Assembly (NCBI GenBank): GCA_963805945.1
Contig: CAWDVP010000001.1
Span: 32,001-96,000, forward strand
Direction: 5' to 3'
Origin: Vulcanimicrobiota bacterium
GTDB taxonomy: Bacteria; Vulcanimicrobiota; Vulcanimicrobiia; Eremiobacterales; Eremiobacteraceae
DNA: 64,000 bases
Positions 1-11,885 of the stretch are shown here, piece after piece (the first letter of the stretch is position 1; every line of letters begins with the position of its first letter). The notes under the pieces are model-generated. The model had not been told where the DNA came from and ran no database searches. It saw only the letters and a program-made list of their open reading frames with translations. The position numbers and the translations under genes were made by a program.

Positions 1-669
1 TCCGTACGCCGAGAGCAGGTACGAGGAGAAGTCGGTGTTGGGGAACGGCACGAAATCGTTGTGCACGACCTCGCCGCCCGCCGCTTTAACGGCGGCGGCG
101 AAATTCGTAAGCATGGATTGCCCGAACGCGTAGTTCGCGGTGATCATGAACCAGCGTTTTCCGCCCTGTTCGGTGATCAGCTTGCCCGTGTTCTGCGCGA
201 GCGAATAGGTGTCGTAGCCGTAATGGAAGGTGTACTTGTTGCAGGAGCCCATGTTGAGCGCGTCCGTACCGCCCGTCGTCACGAAGAGGATCTTGTGGTC
301 TTGCGCGGCGACGCCGGCGACCGCGAGGGCGACGGACGAGGTCGGAACGTCGAAGATCGCATCGACGTGATCCTGCTCGTACAGCTCATGCGCCTTGGTC
401 GAGCCGAGCGCCGGTTGATTCTGGTGGTCGACCGAGATCACTTTGATCGCGCGACCGAGCACGGCGCCGCCGTAATCCTCGACGGCCATGCGCACCGCGG
501 AGACCGTGCCTTGCCCCGAAAGATCCATATACACGCCCGACTGGTCGTTCATCACCGCGATGATGATCGTGTCGTCGGCGTTGGCGGGCGTCGGCGCGCT
601 CGATGCGGCCACCATCGCCAGCGCGAGCGTGGCGGCCGTGATGAGACCGGCCCGTTTGAACTGTGTCAT
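1..669 (-). CDS. Branched-chain amino acid-type ABC transporter substrate-binding protein (partial, runs off window start)
   Basis: Manual translation MTQFKRAGLITAATLALAMVAAS...IIAVMNDQSGVYMDLSGQGTVSAVRMAVEDYGG...VDHQNQP; signal peptide, AAGGGGA RBS; adjacent to livF/livG-type ATPases. Confidence 0.85.
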   Translation of the reverse strand, partial: MTQFKRAGLITAATLALAMVAASSAPTPANADDTIIIAVMNDQSGVYMDLSGQGTVSAVRMAVEDYGGAVLGRAIKVISVDHQNQPALGSTKAHELYEQDHVDAIFDVPTSSVALAVAGVAAQDHKILFVTTGGTDALNMGSCNKYTFHYGYDTYSLAQNTGKLITEQGGKRWFMITANYAFGQSMLTNFAAAVKAAGGEVVHNDFVPFPNTDFSSYLLSAYG

Positions 670-691
670 CGATGCATATCCCCTTTTTCGT

Positions 692-1385
692 CTAGACGCC
701 CAGGTATTCCAAAAGCTCAGCTTCGCGATCGATGACCGCCTGGTTGTCAAGCGATTCCACGATCGAGCCGTTCACCATCAGGAAATGGCGATCCGAGACC
801 TTGGTTGCGAACCTCACGTTCTGTGAGACCAAGAGCACGGTGATGCCGTCGCGTTTGATTTCGAGCAATAGGTCACGGATGGCCTTTACGATGGCCGGGG
901 CCAAGCCTTCGGTCGGTTCATCCAGCAGCAGCAGACCCGCCCCGGTCCGCAGGGCGCGGGCAATCGCGAGCATCTGCTGCTCGCCGCCGGAGAGGGTCGT
1001 CCCCCCAGAGCGGCGCGCGCTCTGCAAGCCGTGGGAACAGCGCGAAGATCCGCTCGAAGGTCCATGTCGACGGCGCCACGACGCGCGGCAGCTGGAGGTT
1101 CTCCATGACCGAGAGGCTGGCGTAGATGCCGCGCTCTTCGGGCACGAAGGCCACGCCGAGCCGCGCGATCTCGTGCGACTGCGTCTTCTCTATCGATTGG
1201 CCGCGCAGGACGATCGTGCCGGTCTTCTTGCGTATGACGCCGGCGATGGATTTCAGCGTCGTCGTCTTGCCCGCGCCGTTGCGGCCGACGAGCGTGACGA
1301 TCTCGCCCTGGCGCACGTCGAGATTCACGCCGTGGAGCACATGGCTCTCATCGTACCAGGCGTTGAGGTCGCGGACGTCAAGCAT
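692..1385 (-). CDS. livF: ABC ATP-binding protein, LivF-like (frameshift near 1020)
   Basis: GRNGAGKTT Walker A in one frame; LSGGEQQ, LLLLDEPTEGL in the next frame. Confidence 0.85.
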
Positions 1386-2139
1386 CGATGCCGCCCAGAT
1401 ACGCGTCGACGACCCGGCTGTCGGCATGCACCGTCTCGTAGGAACCGCTGCAGATGATCTTGCCGTACTGCAGCACGACGACGTGCGACGCAAGCCGCTC
1501 GACGACGTTCATATTGTGCTCGACGAGGATCACGGTCCGGCCTCGCGAGGCGACGCGGACCAGGTCTATGATCGGCTCGACGTCTTCCGTTCCAAGGCCG
1601 CTCGTCGGCTCATCGAGCAGCAGCAGCGCCGGATCCAACGCGAGCGTGATCGCGAGCTCGAGCGCCCGCTTCTTCCCGTACGGCAGCACGGCCGCGAGCT
1701 GTCCGGCGCGGTCACCGAGGCGCAACCGATCGAGCAGCGCACGGGCCGGCTCATCGAGCGCGTCGGTCACCGACCCGGGGGCCCAGAAGCTCCGCGCGAC
1801 TGATGTCTTCGCGAGCAGGGCCACCTTGAGGTTGTCGAGCACGCTGAGATGGCTGAACACGCTGCTGATCTGAAAGCTGCGGACGATGCCGAGGCGCGCG
1901 ACGGTCGCGGCGTCCAACGCTTCGATCTTGTCCCCGCGGAACGTGATGCTGCCTGCGCTTGGCTTGAGGAAACCCGACAGCAAGTTGAACAGCGTCGTCT
2001 TCCCGGCGCCGTTGGGACCGATGATGGCGAGGGTCTGCCCCTCGGGCACCGTCAGATCCACGCCGTCGACCGCACGGAAACCGGCGAACTCTTTGACGAG
2101 CCCGCTGGTGGTGAGGATCGGCGCCGTGCTGGCCACCAT
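1378..2139 (-). CDS. livG: ABC ATP-binding protein, LivG-like
   Basis: GPNGAGKTT, LPYGKKRALE, LLLDEPTSG, VEHNM, C-terminal VVDAYLG. Confidence 0.9.
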   Translation of the reverse strand: MVASTAPILTTSGLVKEFAGFRAVDGVDLTVPEGQTLAIIGPNGAGKTTLFNLLSGFLKPSAGSITFRGDKIEALDAATVARLGIVRSFQISSVFSHLSVLDNLKVALLAKTSVARSFWAPGSVTDALDEPARALLDRLRLGDRAGQLAAVLPYGKKRALELAITLALDPALLLLDEPTSGLGTEDVEPIIDLVRVASRGRTVILVEHNMNVVERLASHVVVLQYGKIICSGSYETVHADSRVVDAYLGGIDA

Positions 2140-2186
2140 GGCGTGATATACGCGGCGCTCAACGGCGTCGCCTGTAGATGTAGCCT

Positions 2187-3166
<980 letters not shown>

Positions 3167-3170
<4 letters not shown>

Positions 3171-3463
3171 CGATCTTCCACTCCGGTAGGGTCTTTCGCG
3201 GGGAGCGACGCTCTGCCTCGCGCGGTGAGGACGACCACCGCGTCCTCAATCGACTTCCCGCGCTCGATGGCGAGGAGTCCGTCGGCGAACGCATCTTCCC
3301 AGACGGAATGACGCGGACACATGCTCCGCCAGGCCTCCATCGACTCCTTATACGAGCGATGTCCGCTTGCGACCCAGGCGAGGAGTTCGAGGGTCAGCGG
3401 TTCGATGGCTTCGGGCCGCACGGGTGTCCATTGTGCACGTCGCTCTTCTTGTTCGAACTCCAT
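3167..3463 (-). CDS. Hypothetical protein (about 98 aa)
   Basis: ORF whose stop overlaps the AKR start (ATGA); LLAWV...[28 protein letters not shown]-terminal VVLTARGR suggests a winged helix. Confidence 0.6.
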
Positions 3464-3550
3464 CGGCAGCACCTGCGCGTCTCTAGATTCGCTTGGGACG
3501 GTCGATTATCGGCAGGCTAAACGCGTGAAAATCGCTCACTCGGAACATTC

Positions 3551-4205
3551 ATGGCAGTTCACACGCGCCGCTCTGAATCGCGCATATTCCCCGTGCTCGT
3601 CGTCGTCGCACTCGTCACGCTCATCGCGGTTCTGCCGGACCGCTATACGGCGCTGCCCTACTGGTCGTCATTCGTCTTCGGCGGGGCCTTGATCGCGGCT
3701 ATGCTGCTCGCGGGAGCGGCCGGACTAGGATCGCCGTGGACGAAGGTCGAGCGCTACACGACCTATGTCCTCGTGGCGATCGTCTTGCTGCAAGAGCTCA
3801 TCATCCTCAAGCGCTTACGAGCGACATCGTCTTCCATCAGATGCAGCTCGGAGCCATCACGCTGCTGGCGACGGCGATCGGGGTCTGGACCAGCAATGTG
3901 GTCGTGTTCGCCTTCATCTTCTGGCAGCTCGATCGCGGCGGGCCTGAGCGGCAGAGCAAGCGGTTGGCGTGGCTGGGCGGACTTCTCGTTCGCCCGCGGC
4001 GATGAATCGGACGGGATGCCCGTGGACTGGCAGCCGACGTTCGTCGACTATCTGTTCCTCGCGTTCACCACCTCGACTGCGTTCAGCCCGACCGATACGC
4101 TGCCGCTCACCGGGCGCGCGAAGATGCTGATGCTGCTCGGGGCACTTGATCGCCCTCGTCACGCTCTTGATCGTCGCGGCGCGCGCGATCAATACGTTGG
4201 CGTAG
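3551..4205 (+). CDS. DUF1345-like membrane protein (several frameshifts; the ORF track fuses it to the next gene)
   Basis: Hydrophobic segments across frames; FWQLDRGGP, WQPTFVDYLFLAFTTSTAFSPTDTLPLTGRAKMLM, ends IVAARAINTLA*. Confidence 0.75.
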
Positions 4206-4228
4206 TCGGAGCGGCATCGATGCAGGCT

Positions 4229-5173
4229 ATGAAGGCACTTCCCTCCCCAGAGGACGCACGGCAGGCGCGCGACCGCATCGCCGGCTTCGTGCGCCGGACG
4301 CCCTCCATCGAGAGCGGCGGCACCGTCTACAAGCTCGAGTTCCTGCAGGTCACCGGCTCCTTCAAACCGCGCGGCGCGTTCAATTTGGCCCTGCAGCTCG
4401 ACGCGGCCACGCTCGCGCGAGGGCTCGTCGCCGTCAGCGGCGGTAATCACGGGCTTGCCGTCGCGCACGTCGGCGCGCGCCTCAAAGCGCCCACGACCGT
4501 CATCATGCCGCGCACGACGCCCGCGTGGGTCGTCGATCGCGCGCAGGCGGACGGCGCAGAGGTGATCCTCACCCCGAACATAGCCGAGGCATTCGACGAA
4601 GCGCAGCAGCGCGCCGCGGCCGGACAGACGCTTATCCACCCGTTCGACGACGAACGTATCATGGCGGGGCAGGGGACGCTCGGGCTCGAGCTGCTCGAAG
4701 ACATACCGCAGCTCGCGACGCTGGTGATGTCGATCGGCGGCGGCGGGATGGTCGCCGGCGTCGCGTCCGTGATCAAGGCGCTGAAGCCCGATGTGAAGAT
4801 CTACGGCGTCGAGACGCGCGGCGCCGATGCGATGCGCCAGGCGCTCGATGCCGGACATATAGTGACGCTGCCGGCCATCACCTCGATCGCGCGCACGCTC
4901 GGCGCGCCGTACGTCAGCGACGCCACGCTGCACGCGGCGCAGACCTTGCTCGAAGACGTCGTCGTGGTGAGCGACGCCGATGCGGTGCGGTCGATCGTCG
5001 AACTGCAGCAGGAGCTGCACGTCACGGTCGAACCGGCGTCGGCGTGCTGTCACGCGGCCTTGCGCGCGGGTCTCGTGCCGCGCGCGAGCGGCGGTGCGAC
5101 GGCCGTCGTGCTGTGCGGCGGCAACGTCACGCTCGACGAGATCGCCGCGTGGCGCCACGATCTCTTGGGCTAG
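4229..5173 (+). CDS. PLP-dependent threonine/serine dehydratase family protein
   Basis: KLEFLQVTGSFKPRGA (PLP lysine), SGGNHG, IGGGG, VEPA, LCGGN. Confidence 0.9.
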   Translation: MKALPSPEDARQARDRIAGFVRRTPSIESGGTVYKLEFLQVTGSFKPRGAFNLALQLDAATLARGLVAVSGGNHGLAVAHVGARLKAPTTVIMPRTTPAWVVDRAQADGAEVILTPNIAEAFDEAQQRAAAGQTLIHPFDDERIMAGQGTLGLELLEDIPQLATLVMSIGGGGMVAGVASVIKALKPDVKIYGVETRGADAMRQALDAGHIVTLPAITSIARTLGAPYVSDATLHAAQTLLEDVVVVSDADAVRSIVELQQELHVTVEPASACCHAALRAGLVPRASGGATAVVLCGGNVTLDEIAAWRHDLLG

Positions 5174-5219
5174 GACGACGAAGAGTTTCCCATGCGACTG
5201 TCCAAGACATGCAGTCGCG

Positions 5220-6031
5220 ATGACCGACGTATCCCGAGCCGCATCCCTCGTGCTGGCCGCGTCGAGCGCGCTGGTGCTGTGCGCCTGCATCGCGCCGCCT
5301 GCGGGCGAGCCGCAGGCGGTCGGTGACGCGCCGCCGATCGCGGGCACGCTGTACGTGGAGCATACATCCGCCGACCCTGCCGCGCCCGAGGTCGAGGTCC
5401 GGCGCGGCGACAGCGCCTCCGCAGACCATCCACACGACGATTCCGCTGCTGGCGCGAGACAAGCCATCCGTCCGCCTTTCCGATGGTCTACTGTTCGGCG
5501 GCACGTGCGCGCCGCTCGCCATCTCGCCAGACGGCCATTACGGTGCCTGTCTGCGCTCCGACGGCTACGGCAGCTGTGATGATCTTCCGTGTGGATCATC
5601 CGAAGGCGTCGCCGCTCAAGACGCAGTGGCACATCGCGGTCGTCTCCGGACACATGGCGGGATTCTTGGCGGACGACACGCTGGCGGTCGCGGCGGATGA
5701 CCAGAGCTGTCCGCAATACGTGCGCTACGACGGCCATTACTCGTCCGAGCCGCGCGCGCGGCTCTATGTCATCACCGTGGCCGGCAAACAGGTCAAGGCC
5801 GGCCCCTGCATCCACGGCCTCGTGGTGGGCGACCGCAAGGTCGCGTTCATCGGGCACGACGGCAGAGAGCATGCCGCATATTCCTTCGACGGCTCCTCGT
5901 GGCAGCCGGGTCTCGCCGCGGCCTTCGACGGGGGCGATCATCTGCTCGTCATCAATCAGCGCGATCAGCTCGTCGACGACCAGAACCGGCTCGTCGCCGC
6001 CGACGTGGTCGACGCCGCGTGGACGCGGTGA
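5220..6031 (+). CDS. Putative lipoprotein, unknown function (frameshifted)
   Basis: Lipobox-like VLCAC after a hydrophobic stretch; beta-propeller-like ISPDG segment; reading frame switches near 5400-5560. Confidence 0.5.
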
Positions 6032-8004
6032 ACGCGATGCCGGCGCGCCGCATCACCGCATCCGACCTCATGCGCCTGCCGGTCATCAGCGGCGCGGCGC
6101 TCGATCCTTCGCGGCGGCGGATCGCCTTCGTCCGGACGCTCGCCGACGAGGCGGCGAACGGCTATCGCGGCTCCATCCGTGTGTGCGAGCTCGACACCGG
6201 CTCGATCACGGTCATGACCCACGGCGTCGCGCGCGACGGCGCGCCCGCGTGGTCGCCCGACGGCGCACGACTCTTCTTCTTGAGCGACCGCAGCGGCGCG
6301 ATGCAGCTGTGGTGCATCGATTGCGCGGGCGGCGAGGCGTACGCGGCGCCGGCCGTCGATGGGGCCGTGTCGGAGTTCGCCGTGTCGCCGGATGGGCGCT
6401 TCATCGCCGCCGTGGCGACCTCGTCGCAGGGCGGCCGCGACGTCGAGGCACGCGGCTGGCGGCGCGTCACGCGCCAGCGCTACCGCGCCGATGGGATCGG
6501 GTACCACGATGAGCGGCCGCGCATATGGCTCGTCGATCTCGATCACGGCTCCGCCGCGGCGATCACCGACGGTAGTGGATTCGTCGCAGGCCCGGCATGG
6601 TCGCCGGACGGATCGCGGTTCGCGTTCGTCGCCGAGCACGACGAGCGCGCCGACGGCATCGCGATGCGGGAGCTCATGCTCGCTCAAGTGGGCGCAGCGC
6701 AGCCGCAGCGGCTGATCTCGCTTGCGGCGGCGGTCCAAGGCCCGACGTGGTCACCAGATGGCGCCCGTATCGTCTTCATCGGCAGCGACGACCCCAAAGG
6801 CCGTTACGGCCAGACGAACCTGCGCCTGTTCAGCGTCGCGGCCGCCGGCGGCAAGCCGCAGTGTTTGACGCCGGACGCGCAGTGGACGTGCGGCGACTTC
6901 ACCATCACCGACGTCGGCGGCGCAGGGCCTACGACCGCACCGCGCTTTCTGCCCGACGGCGCCATCGCGGTGCTGGGGACGCAAGCCGGCATGACGCACA
7001 TCTTCATCGTCGATCGGATGCTGCGCATGCGCCGCGTCGACACCGCGCCCTCACTTTCGGTTTCGCAGTTCTCCGTCGTGGACAGCCGATACGTTCGCAT
7101 GCTGTGCCACGGATTCGTCGACGCCGCCTGAGCTGTACCTGCTCAAGAGCGGCGCTGCGCGACGGCTCACCACGGAGACAAGGCATGGTGCGAAAACGCC
7201 GGCGTGCGCGCGGCGGAGCACAAGACAGTGAACGGACCCGCGGGAACGATCGACGCGTGGCACCTCAAGGGCGATTCGAAGGCGCCGCGACCTTGCATCC
7301 TGCAGATCCACGGCGGCCCGCACTTCGCCTACGGCGACGCCTTCTTCTTCGAATTCCAGTTGTTGGCGGCGGCCGGCTACGACGTGGTGTATTGCAACCC
7401 GCGCGGCAGCAGCGGCTATGGCGAAGATTTCCTCACGGCGATCATCGGCGATTGGGGCGATTTGGCGCTCGCCGACTGTCTCGCGGCGCTCGACGCCTTC
7501 GTCGGCGAGGGTGGCATCGACGAGCGGCGGCTCGGCGTCGCAGGCGGCAGCTATGGCGGTTACATGACGGCGTGGACGGTAGGGCATAGCACGCGTTTCG
7601 CGGCGGCGGTCGCGATGCGCGCGGCGATCAACCTCGAGAGCCTGTGGGGGACGTCGGAGGTCGGGCGGATGCTCGACGGGGAGCTCGGCGGCACGCCGGC
7701 GCAGATCCCGGAGGTCTATCGCCGCTGTTCGCCGTTGACCTACGCCGACGCGGTCACTACGCCCGTGCTGCTCATCCATTCCGAGCGCGACTATCGCTGT
7801 CCGATCGAGCAGTCAGAGCAGTTCTTCACCGCGCTGCTCCAGCGCGGCCGCGAGGTCGAGTTCTTGCGCTTCACGACGACCGATCACGGTCTCTCGCGCG
7901 GCGGGCCGCCGCGTCAGCGCGTCACGCGGCTCGAAGCGATCATGGATTGGTTCGACCGTCACCTCGACGTCAGTCGAATAAATTCGACCGCTCCAAAGTC
8001 GTAA
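6028..8004 (+). CDS. S9 family (acylaminoacyl/prolyl oligo-) peptidase, frameshifts near 7090-7180
   Basis: WSPDG PD40 repeats; IHGGPH, CNPRGS, GGSYGG (Ser), ERDYRC (Asp), DHG (His). Confidence 0.9.
7972..7996 (-). repeat. REP-like palindrome family A (GGAG-footed), inside the 3' end of the S9 peptidase gene
   Basis: AGTCGAATAAATTCGACCGCTCCAA; near-identical copies at 27626, 30117, 30790, 42100, 42628, 50041, 61979. Confidence 0.85.
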
Positions 8005-8014
8005 GCGCGAGGTA

Positions 8015-8930
8015 CTAGAGGGCGCGGGCGGCGGCGACGTCGCGGTGCATCTGCTCGACGAGCGCCTGTGCGTTCTCGAAACGCTGCTGCTCCCGCACGA
8101 ACGACCAGCTGTGGATGGCTAGCTGCTCGCCGTAGATGCTCCGGTCGAAGTCGAGGATGTACGCCTCGACCGCCGTCGGGCCGCCTCCGCCGAACGTCGG
8201 CTTGTCGCCGATGCTGACAACAGCGCGGTATTCTTGTCCGTCATGGCGCACGGTCGAGCCATAGACGCCGGCATGCGGCACGAGCTTCTCCTCGGCGACA
8301 TGGAGATTCGCGGTCGGAAAGCCGAGCAGATGGCCGCGCCCCTCGCCCCCGGCCACCGTGCCGCGCACGGTGAAGGGCGTGCCGAGCAGGGCGTCTGCTT
8401 CTGCGAAACGTCGCGACTCGATGAGCTCGCGGATGCGAGAGCTGGAGACGCGCGCGCCGTCCTGCATCAAGAGCTGCTCGACCTCGAGCGTACAGCCGCG
8501 TTCGCCCAGCACGCGGCGCGCCAGATCGACGTCGCCGGTGCGGTCTTTGCCGAAACGCCAGTTGCCGCCGACGGCGAGCAGCCGGGTGCGCAGGCTGTCG
8601 ACGAGGATGCGCGACAGGAACGCATCGGCGCCGATCTGCTGGATGTGCGCGTCGAACGGGATCAGGAAGAGGACGTCGAGGCCGCACTCGTCGAGCAGAT
8701 TGATCTTCTCGCCCATGGTGGTGAGACACTTCGGGCTGTGGCCCGGGGTTGAGGAACGCTTGCGGATGATGCTCGAACGTCATCGCGCCGGCGAGCAAGC
8801 CGGGCGCGCGTTTGGCGCGCAGGCGTTCCAGCACCGCGCGGTGGCCCACATGGACGCCGTCGAAAACGCCGATCGTCAAGAGAAGATCGGCATCGGCGTG
8901 ATACGCGTCGAGATCCCGGACGATCTGCAT
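8015..8930 (-). CDS. ribF: Bifunctional riboflavin kinase/FAD synthetase (frameshift near 8740)
   Basis: TIGVFDGVHVGH, VSSSRIR, GRGHLLGFPTAN, KPTFG, VEAYILDF. Confidence 0.93.
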
Positions 8931-8936
8931 GTGCGG

Positions 8937-9920
8937 TTACGGCTTCGCTTCTGCGACTCCCCCGCCTGCGCCGTTGCCGGCGGCCGACGCGACGAGCACG
9001 CGCGTCGGCGCTATGCTCGCGCTGCCGTGGCGCTCTTCGTAATCGCCGACGCCGATGCAGCGGCCCGCGCGCACGACCAAGACCTCGCGTCCTGATTCCC
9101 GGCGCCTGAGACGTTCGAGCTGATCCGGGCGGAACAACGCCGAGGCGTCGGCGACATCGTTGCCGCGGGTGAAGCGCTCGGCGGCAGCTTCGTCGAGCTC
9201 GACTTGCGGCTGCGTGAGGACGCACAGCGGATCGATGAGCGATCCGCCGGGGTCCGCGGCGATCTCCTGCGGCAATCGCGACGCGCCGATGCCGAACGGG
9301 CCTGCTGCGACCCGCACGAGCGCGCCCATATGCGCGGGGGCGCCAATCGCCTGCCCAGCTCTTCGCACAGCGTCCGGACGTAGAGGCCCGCTTCGCAGAC
9401 GACGTGCATCCGCGCCGACCGATCGTCGAGGCCGACGACGCGCAGCGCGAGGACGCGCGTGGCGCGCGCGACGCGCGCGACCGCGATGCCGCGACGCGCG
9501 CTCATGTAGAGCGGGCGGCCTGCGATCTTCACCGCGGAGAACATCGGGGGCACTTGCTCGAGCGGCCCGACAAGGCCGGCGGCGACATCTGCGCGATGAC
9601 GCTCGCGCCAGTCGCTCGGCACGTCGCCCTGCTCGATGATCCGGCCGGTGGCGTCGCCGGTGTCGGTGGCGCTGCCGAGGCGCAGCTCGAATGCGTACTG
9701 CTTATCGGACGGTGTGATGAGCGGGAGCAAGCGCGTCGCTTTGCCGATCGCGAGCACGAGCACGCCGCAGGCCGCAGGATCGAGCGTGCCCCAATGGCCG
9801 ACCGCGGCGCCGTCAAAACGCCTGGCGCACCCATCCGCCGAATCCGGTGGAGGTCACGCCGGGCGGTTTGAACGCGTTGAGGAAACCGAATGGCTCGGAC
9901 GTGGCGGTGTTCCTTGCTGC
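8937..9920 (-). CDS. truB: tRNA pseudouridine(55) synthase (frameshifted, start uncertain)
   Basis: GFLNAFKPPGVTS, GHWGTLDPAACGVL, TDTGDATG, QVPPMFSAVKIAG, GLYVRTL across frames. Confidence 0.9.
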
Positions 9921-9921
9921 T

Positions 9922-10944
9922 TTAGACCGGCGCGACTCGTGCCGGCGATCTCGGCGCGGACAGCTTCGAGCACGACGCGCGAGCGCCGCGGCTTCCGGCC
10001 CCGCGACGGGCGCGCCCGCGCGCGCGGAAATGCCCGCCGCCGCCGAGCGTCTTGGCGATCGCCATGACGTTGACGCGGCCGCGCGAGCGCAGGCTCAGTC
10101 GAAAACTGCCGTCGGGCTGCTCTTTGAGCAGCGCCGCGACCTGACAGCGGTCGACCGCGCGCAGCGCGCCGACCACTTCTTCCAGGTCTTCGCTGTCCGC
10201 GCCGATGTCGCGCAGCATGGCCTGCGTGACGACGGAGTAGCAGATGCCGTCGTCGGTGAGCACTGCGGTGTCGAGCGTGCGGCCGAGGATCTTCTGCGCA
10301 GCGAACGTGCGCGCCTGATAGAGCTGCTCGGTGATGCGGTCCTTGTCGGCGCCCGCTTCGATGAGCGATGCGGCGACGCGCAACGTCTCCGGCGTGGCGT
10401 TCGAGTACATGAAGCAGCCGGTATCCGAGAGGATCGCCGCGAGCAGGCACTCGGCCATCGCGCGTGTGACCGCGACGCCCAGACCGATGATGAGATGCAG
10501 CACGAGCACGCCTGTCGCGGCTTCGCGTTCGTCGACGTAGTTCCAGCGCCCGAAGCGCAGATTGGAGAGGTGGTGGTCGACGTTGATGATGCGCTCCGCC
10601 GGCACCCACGCGAGCGCCTTGCCCGCGCGCGCCTGATCGCTCATGTCGAAGAAGATGAAGATCGCGTCGTCGCCGATGCCGTCGAAGGTGCGTTTCGTGA
10701 GGCCCGATTCGGCCAGGAACGTGAGATTGCGCGGCACCTCGTCGTCGAGGAAGTACGTGACCTCTTTGCCGAGGCTCTTGAGCGCGAGACCGAGCGCGAA
10801 ACCGCTGGCGAGCACGTCGCAATCGGGATTCTCGTGAGCGCACATGACGAAGCGGCGATGCTCGCGCAGCGCGTCGAGCACGCCGGTGACCGACGCCGGA
10901 TTCACCGGGCGTCCGTTACTTGTCGTCGTGGGTTCGAGCTTCAT
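9922..10944 (-). CDS. nrnA: DHH family oligoribonuclease/PAP phosphatase (3' end frameshifted)
   Basis: HENPDCD, NVDHH, SDTGCF, SLRS, GGGGH; canonical position between rbfA and truB. Confidence 0.9.
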   Translation of the reverse strand: MKLEPTTTSNGRPVNPASVTGVLDALREHRRFVMCAHENPDCDVLASGFALGLALKSLGKEVTYFLDDEVPRNLTFLAESGLTKRTFDGIGDDAIFIFFDMSDQARAGKALAWVPAERIINVDHHLSNLRFGRWNYVDEREAATGVLVLHLIIGLGVAVTRAMAECLLAAILSDTGCFMYSNATPETLRVAASLIEAGADKDRITEQLYQARTFAAQKILGRTLDTAVLTDDGICYSVVTQAMLRDIGADSEDLEEVVGALRAVDRCQVAALLKEQPDGSFRLSLRSRGRVNVMAIAKTLGGGGHFRARGRARRGAGSRGARASCSKLSAPRSPARVAPV

Positions 10945-11305
10945 CGCGCCGTTGCACCTCATCGATGATGGTGGACATCTTCACGCCGCGCTCGATCGAC
11001 TCGTCGCGGACGAAGGTCAAGGTAGGCGTGCGGCGCATGCGCATCCGCTTCCCGAGCTCGACGCTCAGGAAACCGGCCGCGGATGCGAGCCCACGCATCG
11101 ACTCGCCGACCGCCCGGCCGTCGCCCATCGGGCTTGCGAAGACGCGCGCGCTGCGCAAGTCTGGGCTCACCTTGCAGCCGGTGATCGTGACGAAGCCGAC
11201 TCGAGGGTCTTTCAACTCCTCATGCAGCAGCTCGCTGAGCTCGCGCACGATCTCGCGCTCGACTCGCTCAAGCCGCTGGCTTCTGCCCTCAGAGCTACCC
11301 GTCAA
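10916..11305 (-). CDS. rbfA: 30S ribosome-binding factor A
   Basis: KDPRVGFVTIT...SPDLRSARVF...RRTPTLTFVRDESIERG. Confidence 0.95.
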   Translation of the reverse strand: MTGSSEGRSQRLERVEREIVRELSELLHEELKDPRVGFVTITGCKVSPDLRSARVFASPMGDGRAVGESMRGLASAAGFLSVELGKRMRMRRTPTLTFVRDESIERGVKMSTIIDEVQRRDEARTHDDK

Positions 11306-11336
11306 AGTTCTTTATCCCACACAGGTGTTCGGGCGT

Positions 11337-11885
11337 CTAGTTGTCGCTGGCGGTGCGCTCGTCGTCGCCGGCTTCTTCTTCATCGTCTTCTAGCCACGCG
11401 CGCGCTTTCTCGTCCTGCGCCGTCGCGAGCGCCCACGCGCGTACGGCCTCGGCGCGTTCCTGGTCGCCGCATTCCACCAGCGTATCGATCAGCTGCGAAC
11501 ACGCCGCAGCCCACTGCTCGTCCGGTTCGTCGACTGCGAGCACGACCGCGGCCGCGAGGTGCGCGACCGCCGACGGCCAGCGCTCGAGATTCGCCAGCGC
11601 GGCGCCGAGATCGCCGTGCAATCCCGCGGCGCTCGGATGCCGATCGAGGCCCTGGCGCAGCAGATGCTCCTCGCGCTCGTCGTTGCCGAGCTCGAGGCAC
11701 AGCGACGCCATGAGCTGCACGCCGTCCGGCCCGAGGTCGCCCGATTCCTCAAGCGGCTCGAGCAGCTGCAGTGCGCGGCGCAGTTCGGAACGCTGTTCCG
11801 GGGTCCACGGATCGTCGGCGTCGCCGTGCGCGACGATGACGTTGAAATAGATCTCGTGGGCTTGTTCGACGACGTCGTTGTCCAT
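11337..11885 (-). CDS. TPR-like all-helical acidic hypothetical protein
   Basis: [14 protein letters not shown]...; TPR-like LHGDLGAALANLERWPSAVAHL; start overlaps infB stop (TAATG). Confidence 0.7.
   Translation of the reverse strand: MDNDVVEQAHEIYFNVIVAHGDADDPWTPEQRSELRRALQLLEPLEESGDLGPDGVQLMASLCLELGNDEREEHLLRQGLDRHPSAAGLHGDLGAALANLERWPSAVAHLAAAVVLAVDEPDEQWAAACSQLIDTLVECGDQERAEAVRAWALATAQDEKARAWLEDDEEEAGDDERTASDN

Noticed and set aside
3551..5173. 540-aa membrane protein-dehydratase fusion in the ORF track
   Set aside because: Artefact of indels: the membrane protein has its own natural end (ARAINTLA*, 4205) in another frame
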